This document shows positions 11,295-20,411 of a stretch of 64,000 nucleotides of DNA, piece after piece; position 1 is the first letter of the stretch; each line of letters starts with the position of its first letter. The notes under the pieces were generated by a model. It ran no database searches. It was not told the origin of the DNA and saw only the letters and a list, made by a program, of their open reading frames with translations. Location: the NCBI GenBank assembly GCA_963706575.1, contig CAVPNL010000006.1, positions 352,001 through 416,000 on the forward strand. The letters run 5' to 3'. Source of the stretch: an uncultured delta proteobacterium. GTDB lineage: Bacteria > Desulfobacterota > Desulfobacteria > Desulfobacterales > JAHEIW01. Position numbers and translations under genes: made by a program.

Positions 11295-12497
11295 ATGAAT
11301 ATGGTTTGGTTTTTTCTCATATTTTTTGCCATTTCCGGTCTGCTGGCAACTTACATCACCTGGCGACTTTTTAGCAAAGCTGCCTTGCGGCGCCGCTGGA
11401 AGATTTTGATTGCACTGGGGATCGTTGTGGCAATGTTTACGCCCGTTTTGACGATTATGCTGCACCGATCCGGATTCGACAACCTGGGCCTCCATCTCCT
11501 CACCTGGGCCGGCTATCTGGCGGTGGGTTTTTTGAGTTTTGTATTTTCCTATTTGGTTATTCGAGATCTGGTGTGGGCGCCGCTTGCCGGGTTTAAGATG
11601 ATTCAGGCGCGGATATCGAAAGCGGCCCCAAACGCTGCAGGATCCCGCCAAATCGACAACCCTTCTCGCAGGGGATTTCTTGTAAACTCAGTAAATTATG
11701 GGGTTGTGGCGGCCGCGGCCCTTTCTACCGGATACGGTATTGCAGAAGCCAAACAGACGCCCCAGGTGAAACACGTGCCGATAAAAATCGACCATTTGCC
11801 GCCGGAACTGGAAGGTTTCAGAATCGTCCAAATCACCGACATCCACGTTAACCCCACTTTTCGACGCGCTGCTGTGGAAGACATCGTGGGTGTGGTGAAC
11901 ACGCTCGATGCCGATATTGTTGTCTTAACCGGCGACCTGGTGGACGGCTCGGTTGCTCAGCTGGGATTTGACGTGGCGCCTTTGAAGCAGATTAACTCGG
12001 TTTCGGGGAATTTTTTTGTTACCGGAAATCACGAATATTATTCCGGTGTGATCGAATGGATCGAAGAAGTCAAGCGCCTGGGCTTCACCGTGCTGTTGAA
12101 TGAACATCAGGTTATTTCCCGCGGCCAGGCCAGAATGGCGCTGGCCGGCGTGACCGACTATCGCGGTGGTAATTTTTTGACCAGTCACCGCTCGGATCCG
12201 CAAAAAGCTTTAAATGGCGCGCCGCCGGCAGACGTTAAAATCCTTTTAGCGCACCAGCCCAAAAATATTTTTGATGCCGCCAAAGCCGGATACGACCTGC
12301 AGATTTCGGGCCATACCCACGGCGGCCAGTTTTTCCCATGGAATTTGCTGGTGGGCTTTGCCCAGCCGTATGTATCCGGTTTGCACACCCACCAAAATAC
12401 CCGGATTTATGTCAGTCGGGGTACCGGTTACTGGGGCCCGCCGTTGCGTGTGGGCTCTCCCTCCGAAATCACCTTAATCAACCTGACTGCCGGCTAG
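11295..12497 (+). CDS. Membrane-anchored metallophosphoesterase (YkuE/YaeI-like)
   Basis: TDIH, TGDLVD, GNHEYY, LAHQP, SGHTHGGQ motifs after N-terminal TM helices. Confidence 0.9.
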   Translation: MNMVWFFLIFFAISGLLATYITWRLFSKAALRRRWKILIALGIVVAMFTPVLTIMLHRSGFDNLGLHLLTWAGYLAVGFLSFVFSYLVIRDLVWAPLAGFKMIQARISKAAPNAAGSRQIDNPSRRGFLVNSVNYGVVAAAALSTGYGIAEAKQTPQVKHVPIKIDHLPPELEGFRIVQITDIHVNPTFRRAAVEDIVGVVNTLDADIVVLTGDLVDGSVAQLGFDVAPLKQINSVSGNFFVTGNHEYYSGVIEWIEEVKRLGFTVLLNEHQVISRGQARMALAGVTDYRGGNFLTSHRSDPQKALNGAPPADVKILLAHQPKNIFDAAKAGYDLQISGHTHGGQFFPWNLLVGFAQPYVSGLHTHQNTRIYVSRGTGYWGPPLRVGSPSEITLINLTAG

Positions 12498-12527
12498 GAC
12501 CCAGCGGCATCGACACCACAACCGCAC

Positions 12528-12986
12528 TTAATTATCCGCTTCGCCCTTCGGTGGTCGGACGACATACACCGAACAGGGAGCATCGCGGATAACCTGTGCA
12601 GTTATATTTTTTTTGAAAAAACGGATCCAACCCTTGCGGTCCCGGGAAGCGATCACGATAACATCCACGCCGAACTGTCTGGCCTTTTCAACGATCACCC
12701 GATAAACGGGAATTCCAGTCACCTGAATTTCTTCGACTGGGATTGAATTTTTTAACGCCATGGGAATCACTTTGGTCAGATCAGCGCGCTCTTTTTTCAT
12801 GAGGTGTTTCTGGACGTCTTCTAAAGATCCGGCCACGATCCGGCCGTGAAGCGGAAATGGCGCTTTGACATGGAGCACATAGAGCCGGGCATTATGTGTT
12901 TGGGCCAGAGATGCCGCGTATCTGGCGGCATACAGCGAGGATTCTGTAAAATCCACCGGGACCATGATATTTTGGATAGGGGTCAT
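12528..12986 (-). CDS. Universal stress protein
   Basis: IMVPVDFTESS, LYVLHV, VIRDAPCSVYVV. Confidence 0.85.
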   Translation of the reverse strand: MTPIQNIMVPVDFTESSLYAARYAASLAQTHNARLYVLHVKAPFPLHGRIVAGSLEDVQKHLMKKERADLTKVIPMALKNSIPVEEIQVTGIPVYRVIVEKARQFGVDVIVIASRDRKGWIRFFKKNITAQVIRDAPCSVYVVRPPKGEADN

Positions 12987-13004
12987 CCCATTCTTTTTTA
13001 ATTG

Positions 13005-13165
13005 ACGATTTGAGTCTTAGGTGTCAATTGGTTAATGGTTATTAGAATTCAATGACAAGCTTATCTTATGTTCCTATAATGGTTGAGATATCAAATTAGA
13101 TATCATTCCTTTTAACGAATAACGAAAAAACGATAACACCCAATTGGATTTTAACTCAATCGGGG
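13005..13165. repeat. GTTATT/AATAAC heptamer inverted-array element, degenerate copy
   Basis: caattggttaatggttatt ... taacgaataacgaaaaaacgataacacccaattg, with flanking ttttaactcaatcg shared with the 29524 element. Confidence 0.5.
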
Positions 13166-13189
13166 TTTTACCGGAAGGTATGATCCGTC

Positions 13190-13975
13190 ATGGACAAAGA
13201 AGACATCAAGAATCTGGCCAAGAACAAAAATTTTATCTCCGGAATTTACAATTATTGTGATCGCTGGTGTGAGCGCTGTCCGTTCACATCTCGCTGCATG
13301 AATTTCGCAATGACCCGGGAGTATTCGGACGATCCTGAAGCCAGTGATATAACCAATGAAAAGTTTTGGCAAAGCCTTTCTGAAATTTTTGAAGTGACGC
13401 GGGAAATGCTGGAAGAATCCGCCGAGGAGATGGGGATAGACCTTGATTCCATCGATTTTGAGGAAACATCCCGGGACGAAGGCGTCAAAGACAAAATAGT
13501 TAAAAACCATGCGTGCTGCCGGGCCGCAGAAAAATATTATGAAATGGTGGACGAATTTTTTGAATCTGAATATATCCCTTCACTGCATCTCGTTGATAAA
13601 TCGGACGGAGGGAATGCACCCAAATTGAAGAAAATCGATATGCTGGATGGGCCGGTCACCCTCGATGAACTGGTAGAAATTATTTACTGGTATCATCATT
13701 TTATTTACGTCAAGCTGATGCGATCTGTTCGAGGCATTCTGGGAGATACATCAGAGATATTGGAAGAATTTCCGAAAGATTCAGATGGCTCTGCCAAAGT
13801 GGCGTTGATTGCCATTGACCGTTCCATGGCGGCCTGGGGACATATGCACAACTATTTTTCTTCTCATCGGGATCAAATTCTCTCGATAATTAAGCACCTT
13901 GACGGTCTTCGCCAAAGGGTGGAGATCGTATTTCCGGAAGCGCGGGATTTTGTTCGCCCCGGATTCGATGAATAA
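13190..13975 (+). CDS. Hypothetical protein with an N-terminal Cys cluster
   Basis: YNYCDRWCERCPFTSRC; otherwise helical and acidic. Confidence 0.75.
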   Translation: MDKEDIKNLAKNKNFISGIYNYCDRWCERCPFTSRCMNFAMTREYSDDPEASDITNEKFWQSLSEIFEVTREMLEESAEEMGIDLDSIDFEETSRDEGVKDKIVKNHACCRAAEKYYEMVDEFFESEYIPSLHLVDKSDGGNAPKLKKIDMLDGPVTLDELVEIIYWYHHFIYVKLMRSVRGILGDTSEILEEFPKDSDGSAKVALIAIDRSMAAWGHMHNYFSSHRDQILSIIKHLDGLRQRVEIVFPEARDFVRPGFDE

Positions 13976-14438
13976 ATTACAGGTCTATACTTGATTCAGC
14001 GATTGTAATGCCAGCTTGCTTGCCTCCGTGCGACTTGCCCCTTATACCGCAATTCCGTAACTGGGAACATTATTATGGCAAGCGGTTTAACCTCGCGGTA
14101 AACATTTCTTTCTGCCAAACAAGAAGTACAAAAAGTGTTAAATTTAGCTGCCAGTTCATCTTTACGTCTTCATTTTTAAACACTCAAAAAAGTATAAAAT
14201 AATGATGCCACCCTTTTTTTTGAAAAAAGATAGACAAAATCGATATGCGGCATTATTTTACTCTAATTTGTTTTGTCTTCGGTTTTCTAATCGTTCTAAT
14301 AATTTCAAAAGTAGACAAAAAATTACATTGCTAATGAACCTTGAAGAAGACTTTCCTTGTTTGGGTTCTTAGGATTTAAAATACCAACTTTTATATAATG
14401 CTTGAGCGATACATACATTTAGTGAAGGAGGTGCAGTT

Positions 14439-15527
14439 ATGAACTTTAAAATAACAGTTTTACCAATGGCGATCGGAATTTTGTTGGTCGGATTATTTGC
14501 CAGCACGCTTCCAGCTGCCGAGATTATCACGGAAACAGATATTGTCGAAAAAGTAGTTCAGAAAGAAGATTTTATACGGACAGCAGACAACTTTATCATT
14601 CTATTCGATTCTTCCAGCTCGATGAAAGAAATTCTTAACAAGAGCACCAGAGAAACAAAATATGATGCCGTCAGAAATATCCTTGAAGAGCGGCAAAAGG
14701 TGCTGCCGGATCTGGGTTACAATGCCGGGTTATACCTCTATACACCCTTTCAAGAGGTCTACCCCATGGGGCCCTATGATCCAGCAAAGTTTGCCGCTGC
14801 CATTGACAGCCTGCCGGCAGAGCCCAAAGGACGAACCCCTTTACCGACCGGAATTCGTGAAATGGGGCCGTTATTGGAAAAGCTGTCCGGTAAAACCGCC
14901 GTGTTCATCTTTAGTGATGGCACTTTCGACCAATTGACGGATTTCAAACTGCCGGAGGATTACACCCGGGAATTTGCCGAACAGCATAATGTTTGTTTCT
15001 ACATGATCAGCAGCGCCACGAAATGGTACGCTGAAAAGCGCTTAGCCGATATGGCAGAGGCCAACGCCTGCTCGCGGGTTATTCCCATAGAGGCATTTAT
15101 CAACAATCCGGAGTACATGGCCGGAGCGTTGTATACGGTCAAGGCATCTGCGTTCGTGGAAACGACCACCGAGGCAAGAATTGCCGGCCTCAAAGCGCAG
15201 GATGGTAATTTTGATTTCAATAAATCCGATATCCGTTCGGAGTTTCAAAGTGAACTGGATGAGGTTGGAACATTTTTGCAGAATCACCCGGATGCTTATG
15301 TTATGCTGGTCGGATACACCGACAGTATCGGAAGCGAAGAATACAATCTGGATCTGTCCCTTCGCAGAGCCAACAGTGCCGCAAATTATTTAACATCCAA
15401 CCACAATATTGATCGGGACCGCATCGTGGTGAACTATTACGGCGAAGCCAATCCGATTGCGAGCAACGATACGGAGGAAGGCCGGTCACAAAACCGGCGC
15501 GTTGAAGTTGCAGTGGGTGGCTTATAA
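14439..15527 (+). CDS. vWA-domain/OmpA-family peptidoglycan-binding protein
   Basis: Signal peptide; MIDAS DSSSSM and FSDG; OmpA C-terminus GYTDSIG...NLDLSLRRA...NRRVE; GGAGG RBS. Confidence 0.9.
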   Translation: MNFKITVLPMAIGILLVGLFASTLPAAEIITETDIVEKVVQKEDFIRTADNFIILFDSSSSMKEILNKSTRETKYDAVRNILEERQKVLPDLGYNAGLYLYTPFQEVYPMGPYDPAKFAAAIDSLPAEPKGRTPLPTGIREMGPLLEKLSGKTAVFIFSDGTFDQLTDFKLPEDYTREFAEQHNVCFYMISSATKWYAEKRLADMAEANACSRVIPIEAFINNPEYMAGALYTVKASAFVETTTEARIAGLKAQDGNFDFNKSDIRSEFQSELDEVGTFLQNHPDAYVMLVGYTDSIGSEEYNLDLSLRRANSAANYLTSNHNIDRDRIVVNYYGEANPIASNDTEEGRSQNRRVEVAVGGL

Positions 15528-15545
15528 TAGAACAAAATAATCAGC

Positions 15546-15581
15546 CAGGGGAGAGGACTTCGCTGTCCTCCCCCTGTTTTT
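15546..15581 (+). terminator. Rho-independent terminator
   Basis: caggggagaggac-ttcgct-gtcctccccctg followed by ttttt. Confidence 0.7.
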
Positions 15582-15675
15582 AAAACGTTTGATTTCACCC
15601 CCCAGTCTTTGCCCATCCTTTCACCTCCAGTTATCCGTCCATTTAATATGTGCGACGGGTGATGCTGTTGACGCG

Positions 15676-16029
15676 TCAATCATTCTTTTCGTTACGCTTT
15701 CCCGGCATCACGAAACAAGCGTCATCCAAACGGTTGCAGATATAGGCATTGATGATTTTTTCAAGCTCGCCCGCAATACCGCTAACTAAAGCAATGTTCT
15801 TGCCGGCCAGAAATCTGCACATGACGTCACTGACGCCGGCGCAGATAATTTTGCGAATTCCCCAGCGGGCCATCACCTCAATACGTTCGTGGATGGACAT
15901 TTTTTCAAGGGTCAGCTCCTGTCTGCGGATTTCCTGGCCCTTTTCAATGTCAACGACCACCATACGGTGACATGAGTCCAAAACAGGAGAAACGCGCGAT
16001 TCAAATACCGGAATAGCCACTCTTTCCAT
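15676..16029 (-). CDS. NifB/NifX-family (dinitrogenase FeMo-cofactor-binding fold) protein
   Basis: RVAIPVFESRVSPVLD...IICAGVS...GIAGE pattern, 117 aa. Confidence 0.8.
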   Translation of the reverse strand: MERVAIPVFESRVSPVLDSCHRMVVVDIEKGQEIRRQELTLEKMSIHERIEVMARWGIRKIICAGVSDVMCRFLAGKNIALVSGIAGELEKIINAYICNRLDDACFVMPGKRNEKND

Positions 16030-16994
16030 TATTCAGTTTCAAACGCGTGATGTTCGTGATCCTCACAACCGCAGGTGGATGCGAGTTCAGATTTTAAATC
16101 AGCATGTGCAAGGTCCCACCAGAGGGAATTGATGACAACTTGCGGAAGTTCGTCTGCCGCAACGTGGTCGCAAGCCGAATGCGAGCATGCGTGTTCAAAA
16201 ACGATCTTTTCTTCGGGATCCAAATGCGCGCGCCAGTTCATATCGACCAGGTCCCCGGTATCGGTTGCGTTTGAAAACAGCACGCTTGTTGAGTACTGCT
16301 GAGTTTCATCGCTAACCCAACTCTCCGAGGTTTGATGGGTATCGACAATACATTCAAACCCCGGAGATCGGGTTGCGCCGATAAATGCGGGTGACTGTTT
16401 TGAATAAAACGCATACAGGCTGATCAAGCGGTCAAACAGGGGATAGCCGATCTGCCAGGCGGGTATATTGCGAATGACGCTTTTTCCATGGGCATCATTC
16501 AGACCATTTCGTTGACCGGTTTTTACGGTTATCATCGACCACTTCAGGAAATCGAGACTGTCAAATGTAAGCATCGCAACGGTTTCGGCAGCATTTAACA
16601 TAAACGATAGGCTGCCAACCGTAAAAAATGTCTCGGGTACACGCTGCCTGGCTTCCAGCCGGGGGGTATGGGTGTGGTCGAACAGTTCACCGGTGACCAT
16701 TTCCCGTTCCTGGGGGGAAAAGGAATCAAACACACTGGCTGTGACATAGGGATAGCATTTGACCACAAACTGTCCCACATTCAGGGTTTGGTCTGTGGCT
16801 GCGGTGGTTCCGCCCTCCTCAAAGACCAGAGCATAAACCCCCGGAGCACCGTCAATCCAGATATACCACTCCGGTCGGTCGCCCCAGACCTGGCTGACAC
16901 CCGTAAGGTCGAGCATTTTTTGGACCTGCTCAACCCAGGAAGCGCTAATCAACATGCTTTCAACCTTATTGCGAAAAAAGCTGTCAAAATCCAT
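16029..16994 (-). CDS. Hypothetical protein with a Cys/His-rich C-terminus
   Basis: Start MDFDSFF overlaps the upstream gene end; tail HACSHSACDH...CGCEDHEHH; stop overlaps the next ATG. Confidence 0.7.
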   Translation of the reverse strand: MDFDSFFRNKVESMLISASWVEQVQKMLDLTGVSQVWGDRPEWYIWIDGAPGVYALVFEEGGTTAATDQTLNVGQFVVKCYPYVTASVFDSFSPQEREMVTGELFDHTHTPRLEARQRVPETFFTVGSLSFMLNAAETVAMLTFDSLDFLKWSMITVKTGQRNGLNDAHGKSVIRNIPAWQIGYPLFDRLISLYAFYSKQSPAFIGATRSPGFECIVDTHQTSESWVSDETQQYSTSVLFSNATDTGDLVDMNWRAHLDPEEKIVFEHACSHSACDHVAADELPQVVINSLWWDLAHADLKSELASTCGCEDHEHHAFETE

Positions 16995-17268
16995 ACGCTT
17001 CACCACCGTGCTTTTTGAAAAGCTCCTTGACGATTTCGTTTTTTTCGCGCCCTTCGGTTTCGATGCCGTGCTGCCGGGCGGTTTCCAATAAAAGATCATC
17101 CGGATAGGCAAGGGTTAGCGCATAACTGGAATCGTAAGTTTCAAAATAACGGTCAAAAGCGCTTTCCTGCTCAACTTCCTGCACGCCTTCCTGGAAACCG
17201 GAAACAATTTCTCCCACCTGGCGCAGCCAACCGCGCCTGAAAAAAAAACGTTTGTTTTGATCAACCAT
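16984..17268 (-). CDS. Small hypothetical protein
   Basis: GGAG RBS before MVDQNKRFFF; tightly packed between its neighbours. Confidence 0.7.
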   Translation of the reverse strand: MVDQNKRFFFRRGWLRQVGEIVSGFQEGVQEVEQESAFDRYFETYDSSYALTLAYPDDLLLETARQHGIETEGREKNEIVKELFKKHGGEAYGF

Positions 17269-17269
17269 T

Positions 17270-18496
17270 TTAATCTCCATGCTTTCTCAAGGGCCAACCT
17301 TCGAAAAAGTCACTCTGAATCATGATGATACTCAAAAACAACAGGATCCAAACCAGCGGTGTATCTCCTGGTTGAGCGACACCGGGCACTTTGGCCAGGA
17401 AAAATGTGGCCAGGGGCGAATAATAGAAAGCATAAAACAATAGCCCGCCGGCGATGGCGATAGCGGTGCGAATGATCGCACGGGCCCAGATATTGGCCAT
17501 ATTGGGAAAATTGCCAAAATAATTCTCGAGAATAAATGCGGCCAAAATGAAAAAGCCGGCCATTTCACCGGCATGGATAAACCGAAAATCGGGCCCATCG
17601 GTGTATTGACCGCCCATAAACGGTTCATCCCAGACCACGGTAAAGATTTTCAACAGGATCCACATCATAATTAATCCCATGATGAGCGTGGCCGCAAAGG
17701 TGACAATCCCTTTGGCGAAGGTGCCTTCGCCGTTCTTGTTCATCAGCTTCCAGGGATTGCCTTCCCAGAGCTTATCCGAGGCCACAATCCAGAATAAAGA
17801 AGACAGCACCAGCCCCAGTCCGACAAAAGCACTGCCGGTCTCACAAAATCCTTCCCACCAGGGTGACACGCCGGCTTTGGATTGGGCCGGATAGAATAAA
17901 TGACACACATGGGGATGGAATAAGATGATGTAAATGAGGCTGGCAAAAAACAGAATGGCAAACAGACGCGACCACGCCAGAGCGCCGCGCCCCACATTTT
18001 GCCAGGGCCAGCTCCCAAAGCCCAGATTCCAAAAGAGCGCGATCCACAGAAAGGCGGTAAAGAAATAGACAATTGCCGTCGAGGCGTTTTCACGCGCTAC
18101 GAACGGCTCGGCCCCGATGCCCCCCGATGCGACAATGGACTGGGGGCTGAAATAGGCGACGCCCAGTTTTCCGATAAAATACCAGAATATCACATAATGG
18201 ATAAACAGCATCAGAATGAAGGCCACCACGGTCAACAAAATACCACGGCCGACCCGGTTGCCGCCAGCCGAGGGTTCCGTAAAAGGAAAATAGCCGGCAA
18301 CATTGGCGATCAGCACAATCGACGATACCAGCACCACCAGCAAGGCAAAACCATACATGGGGGTGTAAAGCTTCATGACCGTGTTCGGATTCATAAATAT
18401 GTACCACAAAAACCATACAATCCCGAACACCACCACAAAATTAATGAGCCCAAATGGATAATTAAATTTTTTCTCTGCGTTTATTGCGGTATTCAT
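17270..18496 (-). CDS. Polytopic membrane protein, putative transporter
   Basis: About 10 hydrophobic helices with a recurring aromatic-Pro motif; AGGTGA RBS before MNTAIN. Confidence 0.75.
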   Translation of the reverse strand: MNTAINAEKKFNYPFGLINFVVVFGIVWFLWYIFMNPNTVMKLYTPMYGFALLVVLVSSIVLIANVAGYFPFTEPSAGGNRVGRGILLTVVAFILMLFIHYVIFWYFIGKLGVAYFSPQSIVASGGIGAEPFVARENASTAIVYFFTAFLWIALFWNLGFGSWPWQNVGRGALAWSRLFAILFFASLIYIILFHPHVCHLFYPAQSKAGVSPWWEGFCETGSAFVGLGLVLSSLFWIVASDKLWEGNPWKLMNKNGEGTFAKGIVTFAATLIMGLIMMWILLKIFTVVWDEPFMGGQYTDGPDFRFIHAGEMAGFFILAAFILENYFGNFPNMANIWARAIIRTAIAIAGGLLFYAFYYSPLATFFLAKVPGVAQPGDTPLVWILLFLSIIMIQSDFFEGWPLRKHGD

Positions 18497-18592
18497 ATGA
18501 TCACCTATGAATTGTGTTGATGGTAATGAAGAGAAAAGAAACCGCAGTGCCATGCTCCTTTTCTCTTCGCTTCATACGGTGCATGGGATCGT

Positions 18593-19699
18593 TTAAAAGA
18601 CTATATGATCTCCGTTGGTCAGAAAGGCGTTGCTGGCCGTGGCGACGGTAGAGGTTCGCTTGTATTCCTTATATTTATCCGTGCCTTTAACCACCGGCAC
18701 ACCGGCGGCGGCGGCCTTCTCGGCCCATATCCAACCGGTGCAGTGATTGCATGCCAGCTTCTTAATCTTGAATGACTTGACGCCTTTGATGATATCATCG
18801 AATTTGGGCTCCCAGGTTTCAAACAGGGTAATGTGCAGACCGCCATAGCAGCCGTAGGGCTCGTAGCCTTTAAAGTTTTTGCGCGCATATGAGAACAGGG
18901 AAAGGATGCCCGGATGGCAGCATCCGGTGACCGTCACGATTCCTTTATCCTTGACATTGAAATACAAAACATTCTCTCCGCGCACCCGCAACAAAATGGG
19001 GACATCAAACATTCTTGTCGCTACACCGGGCATCAGGCGATAAATGCCCTCGCCTTTTTCACCGGCCGGGTCGCAAAGCACCAATTTGCCCGTATGAGGA
19101 TAATCATTTTTGGCAACGTGTATCATTTCCCCGGTATCTTTGTCCTTGGCTTTGTGGTGAGCCTTTTCTTTTAAAAGCGCCATGTCTTCAGGGTAATAGG
19201 TTTTGGGCGCGTACATGGTGATATCCTGTTTGTGCTTGAGGGTTGATTCGATGCCCCATGTATGGTCCAGATGCCAATGAGAGAGGACAAATGTTTCAAT
19301 TTCGCCTTTTTTGAGCATATTGGCGATATCGTTTTTTTCTTCAAAGATATAGTCCATCCAATCGTTGCTCCATCCGGAGTCCATCAAAATCTTGCGCTCG
19401 TTGCCCTCCAGGGTCGTTACCGTAATCAAGGCCGCATAGCCGCCCGTATTGTCAACGTCCCATGGGATGGTATACTGGTTGGTCATGGCACCGCCGTAAT
19501 CCATCATGTTTTTTTTGAGGATGTCATTATTAAACCAGCTGGTCTCGGACAGGACATCGATGCGTACGCTTTTGATTTCACCGATATCGACTTTTTTAGC
19601 GGCATGCGCCTTACGCGGCAGCATGAAATTGGCCGCACTGCCCACCGAGGCCGCAGCGCCGGTGGCGGCAATTGATTTTAAAAAGGTTCTTCGTTTCAT
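18593..19699 (-). CDS. Tat-exported metallo-beta-lactamase-fold hydrolase (COG1237-like)
   Basis: MKRRTFLK...AHA Tat signal; MDSG, SHWHLDH, TGCCHPG, GGLH, CNHCTG motifs; AGGAGG RBS. Confidence 0.85.
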   Translation of the reverse strand: MKRRTFLKSIAATGAAASVGSAANFMLPRKAHAAKKVDIGEIKSVRIDVLSETSWFNNDILKKNMMDYGGAMTNQYTIPWDVDNTGGYAALITVTTLEGNERKILMDSGWSNDWMDYIFEEKNDIANMLKKGEIETFVLSHWHLDHTWGIESTLKHKQDITMYAPKTYYPEDMALLKEKAHHKAKDKDTGEMIHVAKNDYPHTGKLVLCDPAGEKGEGIYRLMPGVATRMFDVPILLRVRGENVLYFNVKDKGIVTVTGCCHPGILSLFSYARKNFKGYEPYGCYGGLHITLFETWEPKFDDIIKGVKSFKIKKLACNHCTGWIWAEKAAAAGVPVVKGTDKYKEYKRTSTVATASNAFLTNGDHIVF

Positions 19700-19742
19700 T
19701 CGTGCTCCTCCTTATGGTTGGATAATTTAAAGAACAGACCGT

Positions 19743-20093
19743 TTAACCGGCTTCCCTTTCAAGTCCTTTGCGCAGATCGTAGAGCAAGTCGATGATCAGC
19801 TCGCTCTCTTCCATGGAGATGTCCAAACCGTAGCCGTGCATCACATTGACCACCAGATGCCAGTCGTCGCGGGTTCGTCCCGGTTGTTCCGGATTGGCGA
19901 CCGAGTCATGGCAACCCGTGCATTTTTGCTGATAAACTTTGTAAGCTTTGATTCGATCCATGCTTTTGGATTTGGCCTTTTCTCCGGCCACCACGCTCGG
20001 GCTCTGAATAACGAGCAGCACGCCCATTGCGCAGATCAAACAAACGGTCAGCAACCAAAAACGTTTAGATGTGAATAACTTTTTGTTAAGCAA
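19743..20093 (-). CDS. Small monoheme c-type cytochrome
   Basis: Signal peptide; single CTGCH; distal Met candidate in WHLVVNVMH. Confidence 0.8.
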   Translation of the reverse strand: MLNKKLFTSKRFWLLTVCLICAMGVLLVIQSPSVVAGEKAKSKSMDRIKAYKVYQQKCTGCHDSVANPEQPGRTRDDWHLVVNVMHGYGLDISMEESELIIDLLYDLRKGLEREAG

Positions 20094-20224
20094 CCTGAGC
20101 CCCCTTTCTGCTAAATGGTTGGCAATAATGCAGGTGATTCGAACATGGCACCGAGATAAACGCAGTAAACGCGAAAAATCCCCTTTTTTCCGAACCCCCC
20201 ACCTCTTTTTGCGACCTTATTGTG

Positions 20225-20240
20225 GCAATAACCATGCCAG
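20225..20240 (-). promoter_or_regulatory. Sigma-54 (-24/-12) promoter of the cytochrome c/MBL operon
   Basis: Minus strand CTGGCAT-GGTTA-TTGC, matching TGGCAY-N5-TTGC. Confidence 0.85.
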
Positions 20241-20313
20241 CAATCAGGCAAGGCAGTAAGTCGCTAATTTTATAGGAGATACGCACTTTCCCGTAATAAT
20301 TTAGATTGACATA

Positions 20314-20383
20314 TGGAACAAAATGCCCTATGAGGGAACAAAACGAATCCATTCTATAAGAATTAAGGGAACAATTCTCACCC
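20314..20383. promoter_or_regulatory. Three candidate 17-bp activator binding sites (UAS)
   Basis: TGGAACAAAATGCCCTA (20314), GGGAACAAAACGAATCC (20334), GGGAACAATTCTCACCC (20367), 75-145 bp upstream of the sigma-54 promoter. Confidence 0.55.
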
Positions 20384-20411
20384 TCTTTATGTTTTAAAAA
20401 GGAGTGCGGAA

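Noticed and set aside
11660..11685. Internal SRRGFL twin-arginine motif in the metallophosphoesterase
   Set aside because: A common trait of this membrane-anchored family; not novel
15676..16029. Nitrogen fixation implied by the NifX-like gene and ntrYX
   Set aside because: No nifHDK/ENB in the window; both families are widespread in non-diazotrophs
18593..19699. Beta-lactam resistance gene
   Set aside because: Motif set (GCCH, GGLH, HCTG) is that of a different MBL-fold subfamily, not class B beta-lactamases
20146..20163. Plus-strand TGGCAC as a second sigma-54 promoter
   Set aside because: No GC at the -12 position with correct spacing
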